Origin: Candidatus Avelusimicrobium fimicolum
GTDB taxonomy: Bacteria; Elusimicrobiota; Elusimicrobia; Elusimicrobiales; Elusimicrobiaceae
DNA length: 64,000 nt
Assembly (NCBI GenBank): GCA_900541355.1
Contig: UQJU01000002.1
Span: 7,987 to 71,986 of the forward strand
Direction of reading: 5' to 3'
The notes below the pieces were generated by a model. That model saw nothing but the letters and a program-made list of their open reading frames with translations, made no database searches and was not told where the DNA came from. The position numbers and the translations under genes were made by a program. Shown one piece after another: positions 46,440 through 54,185 of the stretch. The first letter of the stretch is position 1. Each line of letters begins with the position of its first letter.

Positions 46440-46468
46440 TTGCACAACGGAAAAACTTTTAGTATAAT
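46440..46468 (+). promoter_or_regulatory. Sigma70-like promoter P2 (-35 TTGCAC, 17-nt spacer, -10 TATAAT)
   Basis: ttgcacaacggaaaaacttttagtataat. Confidence 0.5.
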
Positions 46469-46529
46469 ATTTATGTTGGGTTTAACCCAAGAATGATTAA
46501 ACCCAGATAGTTTTTTTGACTGCTTTTAT

Positions 46530-46601
46530 GCGCTCGTAGCTCAGTGGTAGAGCATCCGCCTTTTAAGCGGGGGGCCGTGAGTTCAAGTCTCACCGGGCGC
46601 A
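46530..46601 (+). tRNA. tRNA-Lys (anticodon TTT)
   Basis: Acceptor GCGCTCG/CGGGCGC, D-arm GCTC-AGTGGTA-GAGC, anticodon stem TCCGC/GCGGG with loop CTTTTAA, T-arm GTGAG-TTCAAGT-CTCAC. Confidence 0.9.
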
Positions 46602-46610
46602 CATTTAAAT

Positions 46611-46682
46611 GCCCTCTTCGTCTATCGGTTAGGACGTCGGATTTTCAATCCGAAAAGGGGAGTTCGATTCTCCCAGAGGGCG
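46611..46682 (+). tRNA. tRNA-Glu (anticodon TTC)
   Basis: Acceptor GCCCTCT/AGAGGGC, anticodon stem TCGGA/TCCGA with loop TTTTCAA, T-arm GGGAG-TTCGATT-CTCCC. Confidence 0.9.
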
Positions 46683-46717
46683 TTTTTATTTTGTATTCGC
46701 AGTTAGGCGTTTTACAA

Positions 46718-46748
46718 GGAAGAGGCCGAGATCCCTCTTCCTTTTTTG
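46718..46748 (+). terminator. Rho-independent terminator after the tRNA operon
   Basis: ggaagagg-ccgagatc-cctcttcc followed by ttttttg. Confidence 0.65.
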
Positions 46749-46815
46749 TTACCCTTTTTCCTAATCTCCCGACGGTAAAAAACCCCTGCCGCGCCAGAAA
46801 AGTTATAATATAGGT

Positions 46816-47835
46816 ATGAAGAGATTACTTTCCCTTTTACTGGCTTGCCTGCTGACGGCTTGCAGTTCAATGATTCCGTATAAGGACCAAAACCTGGACT
46901 ATTTAAACGGCATTGAACAAAACCCCGACGCCTACCGCGGGCAAGTGGTCTCTTTTGGCGGGGTGGTGCAGGGCGTTACCGAAGACACCTTGCGCTTGCG
47001 CCTTGTATTAAAGATAGACGCGCCGCTTTACTATTATGCCACCGGGAAAGGAGATTCCCTTTCATACGAATTGCTTTTGGTCAGTTTTAATAAGAAGGGT
47101 ATGCCCCAAATGACGGGCCTGCAAAAGGGCCGCCATATTAAGGTTTTAGCGCGCGTGAGCAGTTACGAAAAGCGCAAAAACTTTACGGGTAAAGACATCG
47201 CGGTTCTGCATTTGTTAGCCTTTGCCATAGCCGACCGCACCGCAAATAAAGATTTTTTCCGGCCGGAATCTCCGGATAAACAACTGTATGAATCTTGGAA
47301 AAAGGGCCGCTTATTTTTTGAGGACTCGGCACAGGATATTATTAAGAAATATCCCGCGCCCACACCTGTAAAATTTGCCACCGCGCCCATTCTCCCCCAA
47401 AAAGAGGAGACCCCTGAGGAAAAACAGCCCGAAAAAGGCATTGTTTTTGACCCGGAGGACCCGCCCTTCGTCCTGCCGCCCGACCCACAGCCGGAGGAAA
47501 AAGAAACACCGCAAAATGCCGAAGCCGTCCCAGAACAAACTCCTGAGGAAAATGCGGAAACCGCCCCGGCAGAAACGCCCCAAACCTCCGCTTCCAAACA
47601 GGAAAATTCCGCGCCAAAAGCCGAAACAGCACCCGCCGAACCGGAAGAAAATTCTGCCGATTTGCCAAAAAATGACCTTTTGACCGAACAAAAAATGGCC
47701 GAAACCGAAAAAAATTCCCAACCGGTTTCCGTACCTGTTTTAGCCAATTCTTCCGACGATAAAAAAGCCGAAGGCATTTCCACTCCCGACGAAGATTTAC
47801 CTCTCCCCGACGGAAAAAATACTCCTTTAAACTAA
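46816..47835 (+). CDS. Lipoprotein with Slp-like N-terminal domain and C-terminal Pro/Glu-rich low-complexity region
   Basis: Lipobox LLACLLTAC|SS. NPDAYRGQVVSFGGVVQGV ... resembles the Slp-family pattern (NP.aY.Gq.V.wGG.v). The C-terminal ~150 aa are PE/PEE/ETP repeats. Confidence 0.5.
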   Translation: MKRLLSLLLACLLTACSSMIPYKDQNLDYLNGIEQNPDAYRGQVVSFGGVVQGVTEDTLRLRLVLKIDAPLYYYATGKGDSLSYELLLVSFNKKGMPQMTGLQKGRHIKVLARVSSYEKRKNFTGKDIAVLHLLAFAIADRTANKDFFRPESPDKQLYESWKKGRLFFEDSAQDIIKKYPAPTPVKFATAPILPQKEETPEEKQPEKGIVFDPEDPPFVLPPDPQPEEKETPQNAEAVPEQTPEENAETAPAETPQTSASKQENSAPKAETAPAEPEENSADLPKNDLLTEQKMAETEKNSQPVSVPVLANSSDDKKAEGISTPDEDLPLPDGKNTPLN

Positions 47836-47916
47836 ATTCCCAAAAATAATAAAAAATTTGCTTGCAAAATTCTAAAAATTTGTTATAATGGGGGAAAGAA
47901 GCAAAGGAGCGAGTGT

Positions 47917-48726
47917 ATGAAAAAACTGTTAGTTCTTCTCTTCGCGTTATTATTAAGTAACACCGCCGTCTTCTCTCAAAATGCGTATAAGGTGCTGCGC
48001 TCTGCCTCTAACCGTGTGGGCAAAATAGCAACCCTTTCCACCCCGCGCATTACACGCCATTTGACAGCCCCCAAATCCAGTGCCAAATTAGCCCAACAAG
48101 TAGTTGCGTTGAACGCTCCGAAATATACCAATGTGTATTTCCGAAATACTACTTTTAAAAACAAGTACTGGCCGGCTACCACCGTTCCGCAGGTTGTTAT
48201 TTCTACGGAGTTTAAAGTACCTCTTTTACGTGAACCCAGCACTTTATGGGGCAGTTACCGCTATTTAAAGGAACTGGTGCGCTTGTCGCAAGAACCGGGT
48301 GCAGTAGCCAAAGGTTACGAAAGAAAATGGCGCAAAATCCGCGATGTAGCCACCTATCGTGGCGTACACCATATTGTAAACAAAAGCACCTTGAAAGAAA
48401 TCTATACACGCAAGAAAATTAAGTCCCAAAATAATCATAAGCCTTACCCTGTTCATTTAGGCGAAATGCAAAACGACGCGCCCGGCATTATCCACCCGTT
48501 CCACGGAAACCCGGAATTTGCCCCGATGTTCCATAACATCAACCATCAACTGGCTCTGTATGATGAGGGTGGCGTAAGAGCGATTATTCTTGACTATTTT
48601 GACCATATGCAAGAATTGCATAAACTCTATCCAAACGAAGCCCCTGCTATTTATCAGGAAATGGTGGACAACACCTTAAAGGAAGCGCAGTTGTGGGCAG
48701 AAACTTACCGCTTACGTTGGAAATAG
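47917..48726 (+). CDS. Secreted hypothetical protein (signal peptide; His-rich C-terminal half)
   Basis: 269 aa. Signal MKKLLVLLFALLLSNTAVFSQ. C-terminal half contains YRGVHHIVNK ... NNHKPYPVH ... IHPFHGN ... HNINH. Terminator hairpin at 48747-48773. Confidence 0.55.
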   Translation: MKKLLVLLFALLLSNTAVFSQNAYKVLRSASNRVGKIATLSTPRITRHLTAPKSSAKLAQQVVALNAPKYTNVYFRNTTFKNKYWPATTVPQVVISTEFKVPLLREPSTLWGSYRYLKELVRLSQEPGAVAKGYERKWRKIRDVATYRGVHHIVNKSTLKEIYTRKKIKSQNNHKPYPVHLGEMQNDAPGIIHPFHGNPEFAPMFHNINHQLALYDEGGVRAIILDYFDHMQELHKLYPNEAPAIYQEMVDNTLKEAQLWAETYRLRWK

Positions 48727-48794
48727 AAAACATTTTTGATGAAACTCCCCGGGCCCACGCCCGGGGTTTATTGTGAGCCGTATTTATAAAAGTC

Positions 48795-48962
48795 ATTCTG
48801 AACTTGTTTCAGAATCTACCTTTTGGGTTGTTAAAAACAACAGCAACAGCAAACAACACAAGCAGTAGATCCTGAACTAAATTCAGGATGACCTCTTTTT
48901 TTATAAAAGGCCTTTTTCCCCGTCATCCCCGAAGGATAGGCGACCCGCAGGGTTCGGAAACC
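48795..48962. repeat. Short palindromic intergenic repeats (attctgaacttgtttcagaat; gatcctgaactaaattcaggatgacc; ccccgaagg..ggttcggaaa)
   Basis: Same hairpin family as at 5018-5113 and 6686-6834. Confidence 0.7.
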
Positions 48963-49035
48963 TGTTATGCTGAAATCAGATTTACCTAAAATTTACCCCG
49001 GCACAAAAAGGCCGGGGTATTTCTCAAAAAGGATT

Positions 49036-49593
49036 TTAATGGGCAGAGGTTTCATAGCCCGTAACAGGCGGTGGGCAGGTACTTTCGCCATTATTACAGC
49101 AAGTTTCCACAGGCTCGCTAATGCCGCAGTAATCTGCGCATAATTCCCGTCCGCGTTCATTGTCGCCATAACATTGGGTCAAATCGCTTGCGTAAAAGCG
49201 GGTTAAGTGGTAATGATACAACAAACCGTCGTCATCTGCCTTGCCGTCAGCGGTGCGGGTGGCGGTGGCGAAACCGTCGCCATAAGTTACCACGTCCGAA
49301 AGAGCCACCGTAAAGCCGTTGCCCTGCGGGGCTTTGGTGTAAAAGGTGTCTCCGTCCCCCTCGTTGCCACCCGTAGCGGCATTGACGTCCAACCCGGCGG
49401 CACGAGCGGCATACCGTCCTATTTGCATATATTTGCGTGTCTGCGCCTGGGAAATGGAATCCAACAGCGTTACGGCTTCCATCATACGGGCGCGCTCTAC
49501 CGCCTTAAAATAAAGCGGCACAGCGGCCGAAGCCAAAATGCCCATAATGAGTACCACAACTAGCAGTTCTATTAAAGTAAACCCGTTTTTCAT
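49036..49593 (-). CDS. Prepilin-type N-terminal cleavage/methylation domain protein (pilin/pseudopilin-like), Cys-rich C-terminus
   Basis: MKNGFTLIELLVVVLIMGILASAAVPLYFKAVER ... C-terminus contains CADYCGI and multiple Cys. Confidence 0.75.
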   Translation of the reverse strand: MKNGFTLIELLVVVLIMGILASAAVPLYFKAVERARMMEAVTLLDSISQAQTRKYMQIGRYAARAAGLDVNAATGGNEGDGDTFYTKAPQGNGFTVALSDVVTYGDGFATATRTADGKADDDGLLYHYHLTRFYASDLTQCYGDNERGRELCADYCGISEPVETCCNNGESTCPPPVTGYETSAH

Positions 49594-49699
49594 ATTACTC
49601 CTTAAAACTTAAACTACATATAGTTTAGCAGTAAAAAAAGGCTTAATGCAAGTGGGTTGTTTTAGATAAAATTACAGAAAAGACGGCAACGGCATTAAC

Positions 49700-49790
49700 G
49701 ACGGATTCCCGAACGCTCCGCGCCGGCTACTTTCGGGAATGACGACTTGGAAGAATGGGACAGATCTCACCCCAGTTATACTTGGGAATG
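49700..49790. repeat. Short palindromic intergenic repeat (gattcccgaacgctccgcgccggctactttcgggaatgacgacttgg plus a gggaatgacgg partial)
   Basis: Core cgctccgcgccggc flanked by inverted arms ttcccgaa/ttcgggaa. Copies at 6741-6766 (inverted), 51126-51171, 51188-51226 and 51306-51322. Confidence 0.75.
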
Positions 49791-49819
49791 ACGGATATTC
49801 CACATTCAAAAACGGACAG

Positions 49820-49854
49820 AAAAAACCCCCGCTCTTCCGAGCGGGGGTTTTTGG
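49820..49854 (-). terminator. Terminator hairpin downstream of pilin-like gene 49870-50412
   Basis: aaaaaccccc-gctcttccga-gcgggggttttt. Confidence 0.65.
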
Positions 49855-49869
49855 TATTAACCAAATAAA

Positions 49870-50412
49870 TTACATCGTAGCAGAAGGAGCCGGACACGCA
49901 GTATTCGTACCCGTGCTGCAGCAAGAACCATTCGCAGTTAACGAGTCAATACCACAATAGTCGGCACAAAGCGCCGCACCGTTGGTATCCGTACCAGTGC
50001 AGGTGGTATCGCGGTTGGCATAGTAGCGGGTCAAGTTGTAACTATACTGCAAGGTGCTACCATTTTCCGGCACGCGGGTAGCGGTAGCTTTACCGCCGTT
50101 TTCACCACCATAAGCAGTACCAGATAAGTCAATTTTGAAGCCGTTTTTGCCTTCGCCTTTCGTGTAGTAAGTAGAACCAGTGGCACCTTTCGGGGCAACG
50201 TCCAACGCAGTATATGCAGTAGCATATTTGTTCACTTGCATATATTTGCGCTGTTGCGCATCAGCGATGTTCGCGAGCAAGGTTACGGCTTCCGTCATAC
50301 GGGAGCGTTCAACCGCTTTAAAATACTGCGGCATAGCCATAGCAGCCAAAATGCCGAGGATCAATACGACCACCAGCAATTCAATCAGGGTAAAACCCTT
50401 CTTATTATTCAT
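49870..50412 (-). CDS. Prepilin-type N-terminal cleavage/methylation domain protein (paralog)
   Basis: MNNKKGFTLIELLVVVLILGILAAMAMPQYFKAVERSRMTEAVTLL ... C-terminus CADYCGIDS ... CC. Confidence 0.75.
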   Translation of the reverse strand: MNNKKGFTLIELLVVVLILGILAAMAMPQYFKAVERSRMTEAVTLLANIADAQQRKYMQVNKYATAYTALDVAPKGATGSTYYTKGEGKNGFKIDLSGTAYGGENGGKATATRVPENGSTLQYSYNLTRYYANRDTTCTGTDTNGAALCADYCGIDSLTANGSCCSTGTNTACPAPSATM

Positions 50413-50525
50413 AAAACCTCCTACAGTTTTATATATAAGTTTAGTTTTATAGCCCCCCAGGGGCTACCTTTTCATTTTAATAAGGATTAAAACGGTTGTC
50501 AAGCCCTAAATTTTAAAATAGGACT

Positions 50526-51095
50526 TCAATTATTTTTTCGTTTTTCCGCTTCGGGGGTGGCGGGGCTTTCCTGTTGCGGGGTGCGGAGTTTTTCCAGTTC
50601 CACCGTCAATTTATTGCACAGGCGCTTGGCAATTTTGCCCTCGGCTTGGCAAGCAAAAATGCCCTCGGGCAACGACATTTCCAAGGTGTAACCCAACAGC
50701 CCGCCCTTGCGTACAGCCGTGGCGGTACCTTCCGTTTTTTCTTTATTTAATTGCAAATCAAGCGCAAAGCCGTCCTGGCCCGTGGCGGCATCTTTGACGG
50801 TAAACGCAAAAAAACGTGCATATCCCGCCTTGGGCGCAGCCCCTAAAAAGCCTTGCTTTTTAGGTATCCGGGGTAAGTGTTTGTCTAAGGCCGACCAATC
50901 GTAAGTATAGGTTTTGTGTTTAATAAAATATTGGTTTTCCGCCGTAGCCACATTTAAAAGAACGCTGACTGCCGCCGCGGCCTTGCTACCCTCCACGGTG
51001 CGTTCGTAAAACGGAAACAGCCCCGCGAGCAACAACAGGCCGATAAATAAAATAAGGCTAAAACTTTTAAGTTCAAATTTTTTCTTTTTCATTGA
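50526..51095 (-). CDS. Degenerate pilin-like/hypothetical membrane-anchored protein
   Basis: Probable start at MKKKKFELKSFSLILFIGLLLLAG, a hydrophobic N-terminal helix lacking the canonical G|FTLxE processing site. The 30-codon N-terminal extension of ORF 50526-51185 is a read-through of the intergenic repeat (AERSGI = gagcgttcgggaat). Confidence 0.5.
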   Translation of the reverse strand, partial: SMKKKKFELKSFSLILFIGLLLLAGLFPFYERTVEGSKAAAAVSVLLNVATAENQYFIKHKTYTYDWSALDKHLPRIPKKQGFLGAAPKAGYARFFAFTVKDAATGQDGFALDLQLNKEKTEGTATAVRKGGLLGYTLEMSLPEGIFACQAEGKIAKRLCNKLTVELEKLRTPQQESPATPEAEKRKNN

Positions 51096-51125
51096 ATTTT
51101 CCCCTTTTTTATAACAACAACGACA

Positions 51126-51322
51126 GATTCCCGAACGCTCCGCGCCGGCGGCACTCGGGGATGACGACTTGATAGAACTAGGCAAAAGCGAACGCTCCGC
51201 GCCGGCTACACTCGGGAATGACTCAGATGATACTGCTTTTATTAAAAAGTCATACTGGAAGGTTTCTGTCCAGTATCTATTCCTTGTTTTAACAACAACA
51301 GTTCCTAGACCGCTCCGCGCCG
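51126..51322. repeat. Three tandemly arranged copies or partials of the cgctccgcgccggc-core palindromic repeat
   Basis: gattcccgaacgctccgcgccggcggcactcggggatgacgacttg; gcgaacgctccgcgccggctacactcgggaatgactcag; ccgctccgcgccgtgcc. Confidence 0.75.
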
Positions 51323-51374
51323 TGCCAGCCCTTTACATCATACAGGCGGCCTAAAACAAAAGCCGCCCGTTCGG

Positions 51375-51941
51375 TTAAAAATCATCTGCCAAACTTATTT
51401 TGGGTACCATTGGGTCGCCTGTGAGGTCCGTCTGATTGTCCACACCCATATAATCACAGCAGACGCTTACGTCGTTTTCGTTTTCCCACACCGGCACGCA
51501 CACCGTCTGCGTACTGCCAAAGGGCCGCACCAAGTGATAAGTGTATTTATCAGATTTGCCTACACGTCGCGCCACAACAAACCATTTGTCGGTAGCGTCC
51601 TGCTCAAACGAAATTGCAAAACCCTCATTTAAAACACCGCTCTCCACACCGCCGCGCGTGTAATAAATAGTATTTTCCGCACCGTTGGCAAAATCGTTAT
51701 GCTCTTTGGGCGTGCGGACGGCCACCGGGGCCGCATCCAATTGGTGCCAATAGGGCGTATATTGTTGGCGGCGCAGGAAAAATCGCTCCTGAGCGGAAAG
51801 CATAGTCCCCATTAAACTTTCTGCTTCGCCAATGCGCACGCGCTCCACGGCTTTGCCGTAATATGTTACCGCCACGGTGGCTAACACCGCAATAATCAGC
51901 ACCACTACCACTAATTCCAACAGCGTAAAACCTTTTTTCAC
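51375..51941 (-). CDS. Prepilin-type N-terminal cleavage/methylation domain protein (paralog)
   Basis: MKKGFTLLELVVVVLIIAVLATVAVTYYGKAVERVRIGEAESLM ... C-terminus has VCCDYMGVD. Confidence 0.75.
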   Translation of the reverse strand: MKKGFTLLELVVVVLIIAVLATVAVTYYGKAVERVRIGEAESLMGTMLSAQERFFLRRQQYTPYWHQLDAAPVAVRTPKEHNDFANGAENTIYYTRGGVESGVLNEGFAISFEQDATDKWFVVARRVGKSDKYTYHLVRPFGSTQTVCVPVWENENDVSVCCDYMGVDNQTDLTGDPMVPKISLADDF

Positions 51942-52009
51942 GAGAACCCCCGTTTAGAGCCACACTTACTGCACCAACGCCCACCACACAAGCCGCGCGA
52001 ACTCTTTAT

Positions 52010-52594
52010 TTATAAACTCATAAATGTAGAAATGCCGCCCATCACCATATCTACGGACATCAAAATAAGAATCATACCCGTCAAGCGTTCAATGGCAATC
52101 AAGCCGCGTTTCCCCAACAAATTGCTAATGGGAAAAGAAGCCATCAAAATAATGGAGTTGATGATAGAGGCCACAATTACCGCACCCAACGTAATAAATT
52201 TATTGGACTGCTGTGCCGCCGTAATCATCACCATAGACAAGGCCGCCGGACCCGCCACCAAAGGAATAGCCAACGGAACCACAAAGGGTTCATCTTCCTT
52301 GGGGTCGTTTTTGGGTTCCTCATCCCCGCCAAAAACCAACTTAACCGAGATGATAAACAAAATAATACCACCCGCAATGCTTAACGAATATTCGTGGATA
52401 CCAAACGCGCGCAAGAACCATTTGCCCAAGAACAGAAAGGCCACCATAATAATCAGGGCGATAGCCAACTCGCGGATGAGTACGGTTTTGCGGCGTTCCG
52501 GCGCCACCTTTTTTAGTGCGGCAATAAACAGAGGAATATTGCCGAAGCCGTCCATTACCAACGCAAGCGTAATGACGGAAGAAATAAACGAATC
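52010..52594 (-). CDS. MarC family (UPF0056) integral membrane protein
   Basis: Start at MDSFISSVITLALVMDGFGNIPLF, the typical MarC N-terminus. 6 TM segments. Confidence 0.7.
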   Translation of the reverse strand, partial: DSFISSVITLALVMDGFGNIPLFIAALKKVAPERRKTVLIRELAIALIIMVAFLFLGKWFLRAFGIHEYSLSIAGGIILFIISVKLVFGGDEEPKNDPKEDEPFVVPLAIPLVAGPAALSMVMITAAQQSNKFITLGAVIVASIINSIILMASFPISNLLGKRGLIAIERLTGMILILMSVDMVMGGISTFMSL

Positions 52595-52753
52595 CATAAA
52601 AACTCCTTGCAAATTGTTCAATTTTCCGGGAAAATGTTTTTATCCCGGGCTTCATCCTATATAGTATAGCAAAAAACACTCCCCCCGGAGCAGTGCACAG
52701 ATAACCTTTTTTTACTCTGCAAGAGGAAAGGGCAATTTAGTAAGATATTAATT

Positions 52754-54136
52754 ATGTTAGACGAACACCGTACAAATTTTATTAATATTGTTAAATGGTT
52801 TTTATTGGCTACCGTCATTGGCGCGCTGGTGGGCGTGTTGGACGCGGCCTTTTTAAAGATATTGGACGCCTCTATTGAGTGGAGAAACGGGATTCCGCTG
52901 TTTTATTTGGGGCTGCCCGTTTTCTTATATATCGTGGCACTGCTGGGCCGGAAAACCGCCAAGCGCGATAAAGACTTTTCCACAGATGCGGTCATCAATA
53001 AAATCAATGCCCAAAGGCCTATTTCTTTTATTTCTATTTTAAAAGGGTTTACCTTGCCTATTGTAACAATGGTTTCCGGCGGTTCTGCGGGTAAAGAAGC
53101 CCCGTGCGCGGACGTGGGGGCCGGAGTATCCTCTATACTGGCGCGCCTTTTGCGTATGGACCCGGAAAACCAGCGCAAAATGATGATTTGCGGCGTAAGT
53201 GCGGGCTTTGCGGGTGTATTCGGCGTGCCGATATCGGGCGCACTGTTCGGGTTGGAAGTATTATGGGTAGGACATATTTTTTATGAAGTAATGTTCCCGG
53301 CTTTGGTAGCCGGGATAACCGCCTTTCAAGTTACCTCTTTTTTAGGGGTAGATTACATTTATCATCCGTTGCATTTTGTGCCCGTGTTTTCGGAGCAGTT
53401 TTTCCTCAAAATGATTGTGGCCGGGATGTTCTTCGGGCTGGTGTCTATCCTGTTTATTGAAATCAGCAAATTTGCCCGCGTGGTATTCCGCTATATTGCT
53501 TTGCGTACGCGTCTGTTTTGGGCGTGTATGATTGGAGGGCTTGTTTTAGTGGCGATAGGATATTTTGCTTCGCCCATTTACCTGGGCTTAGGTATGCCCG
53601 GTATTGATATGGCCCTAAACGGCGAGCCGCTCTTGTCCCCTTTTGGCTTTTTGTATAAGATTATTACTACCTCCGTTACCTTTGCCGCCGGAGGAATTGG
53701 CGGCGTGGTTACGCCGATTTTCTTTGTGGGCGCACAAGCCGGAGCAATGCTGGCCGATTTTATGCGTGTGGACAGCGCTACATTAGCCGCCCTCGGTTTG
53801 GTGGCTGTTTTGGCGGGTACGGCAAATACACCTTTGGCGGCCAGTATTATGGCCATAGAACTTTTTGGCCCGGCGATTGCGCCCTATGCCACAGTAGTAT
53901 GCGTGATTAGTTTCTTAATTACCGGGCGGCAAAGCATTTACCCAAGCCAGCGGATTTCTATGGACAGCGGCAAAACATTAGAGGAAGAACCCGCTCTCCA
54001 CCATAAGCATTACGGCCGCCGCGCAAGCGACCGCAAACAACGGATTCACCCGCGCAAGACCTTACTTAAAAAAGCAGTACGGGAAATGGTCCGCCACTTA
54101 ATACCCAACCCCAAAGGCTTTGACGAGCAAAAATAA
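52754..54136 (+). CDS. ClC family voltage-gated chloride channel / H+-Cl- antiporter
   Basis: 460 aa. GGSAGKEAP (GxEGP-like) and GVFGVPISGALFGLEV (GxFxP-like) selectivity motifs are present. Polytopic. Confidence 0.75.
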   Translation: MLDEHRTNFINIVKWFLLATVIGALVGVLDAAFLKILDASIEWRNGIPLFYLGLPVFLYIVALLGRKTAKRDKDFSTDAVINKINAQRPISFISILKGFTLPIVTMVSGGSAGKEAPCADVGAGVSSILARLLRMDPENQRKMMICGVSAGFAGVFGVPISGALFGLEVLWVGHIFYEVMFPALVAGITAFQVTSFLGVDYIYHPLHFVPVFSEQFFLKMIVAGMFFGLVSILFIEISKFARVVFRYIALRTRLFWACMIGGLVLVAIGYFASPIYLGLGMPGIDMALNGEPLLSPFGFLYKIITTSVTFAAGGIGGVVTPIFFVGAQAGAMLADFMRVDSATLAALGLVAVLAGTANTPLAASIMAIELFGPAIAPYATVVCVISFLITGRQSIYPSQRISMDSGKTLEEEPALHHKHYGRRASDRKQRIHPRKTLLKKAVREMVRHLIPNPKGFDEQK

Positions 54137-54185
54137 AGGTACAAAAAGCCCCGGCGAAAACCGGGGCTTTTCTATTGGTAATAGG

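Noticed and set aside
47163-47783. 206-aa minus-strand ORF, plus overlapping 136-aa and 108-aa ORFs
   Set aside because: Antisense to the Pro/Glu-rich low-complexity tail of the Slp-like lipoprotein. They are compositional artefacts (Gly/Ser/Arg-rich).
50526-51185. Full-length 219-aa ORF with N-terminal MPSSIKSSSPSAAGAERSGICRCCYKK
   Set aside because: The first ~30 codons are a translation of the intergenic palindromic repeat (gagcgttcgggaat = AERSGI). The real start is most likely MKKKKFEL at 51095.
48795-51322. CRISPR array
   Set aside because: Repeats are heterogeneous, irregularly spaced and palindromic with variable loops. There are no uniform spacers and no cas genes.
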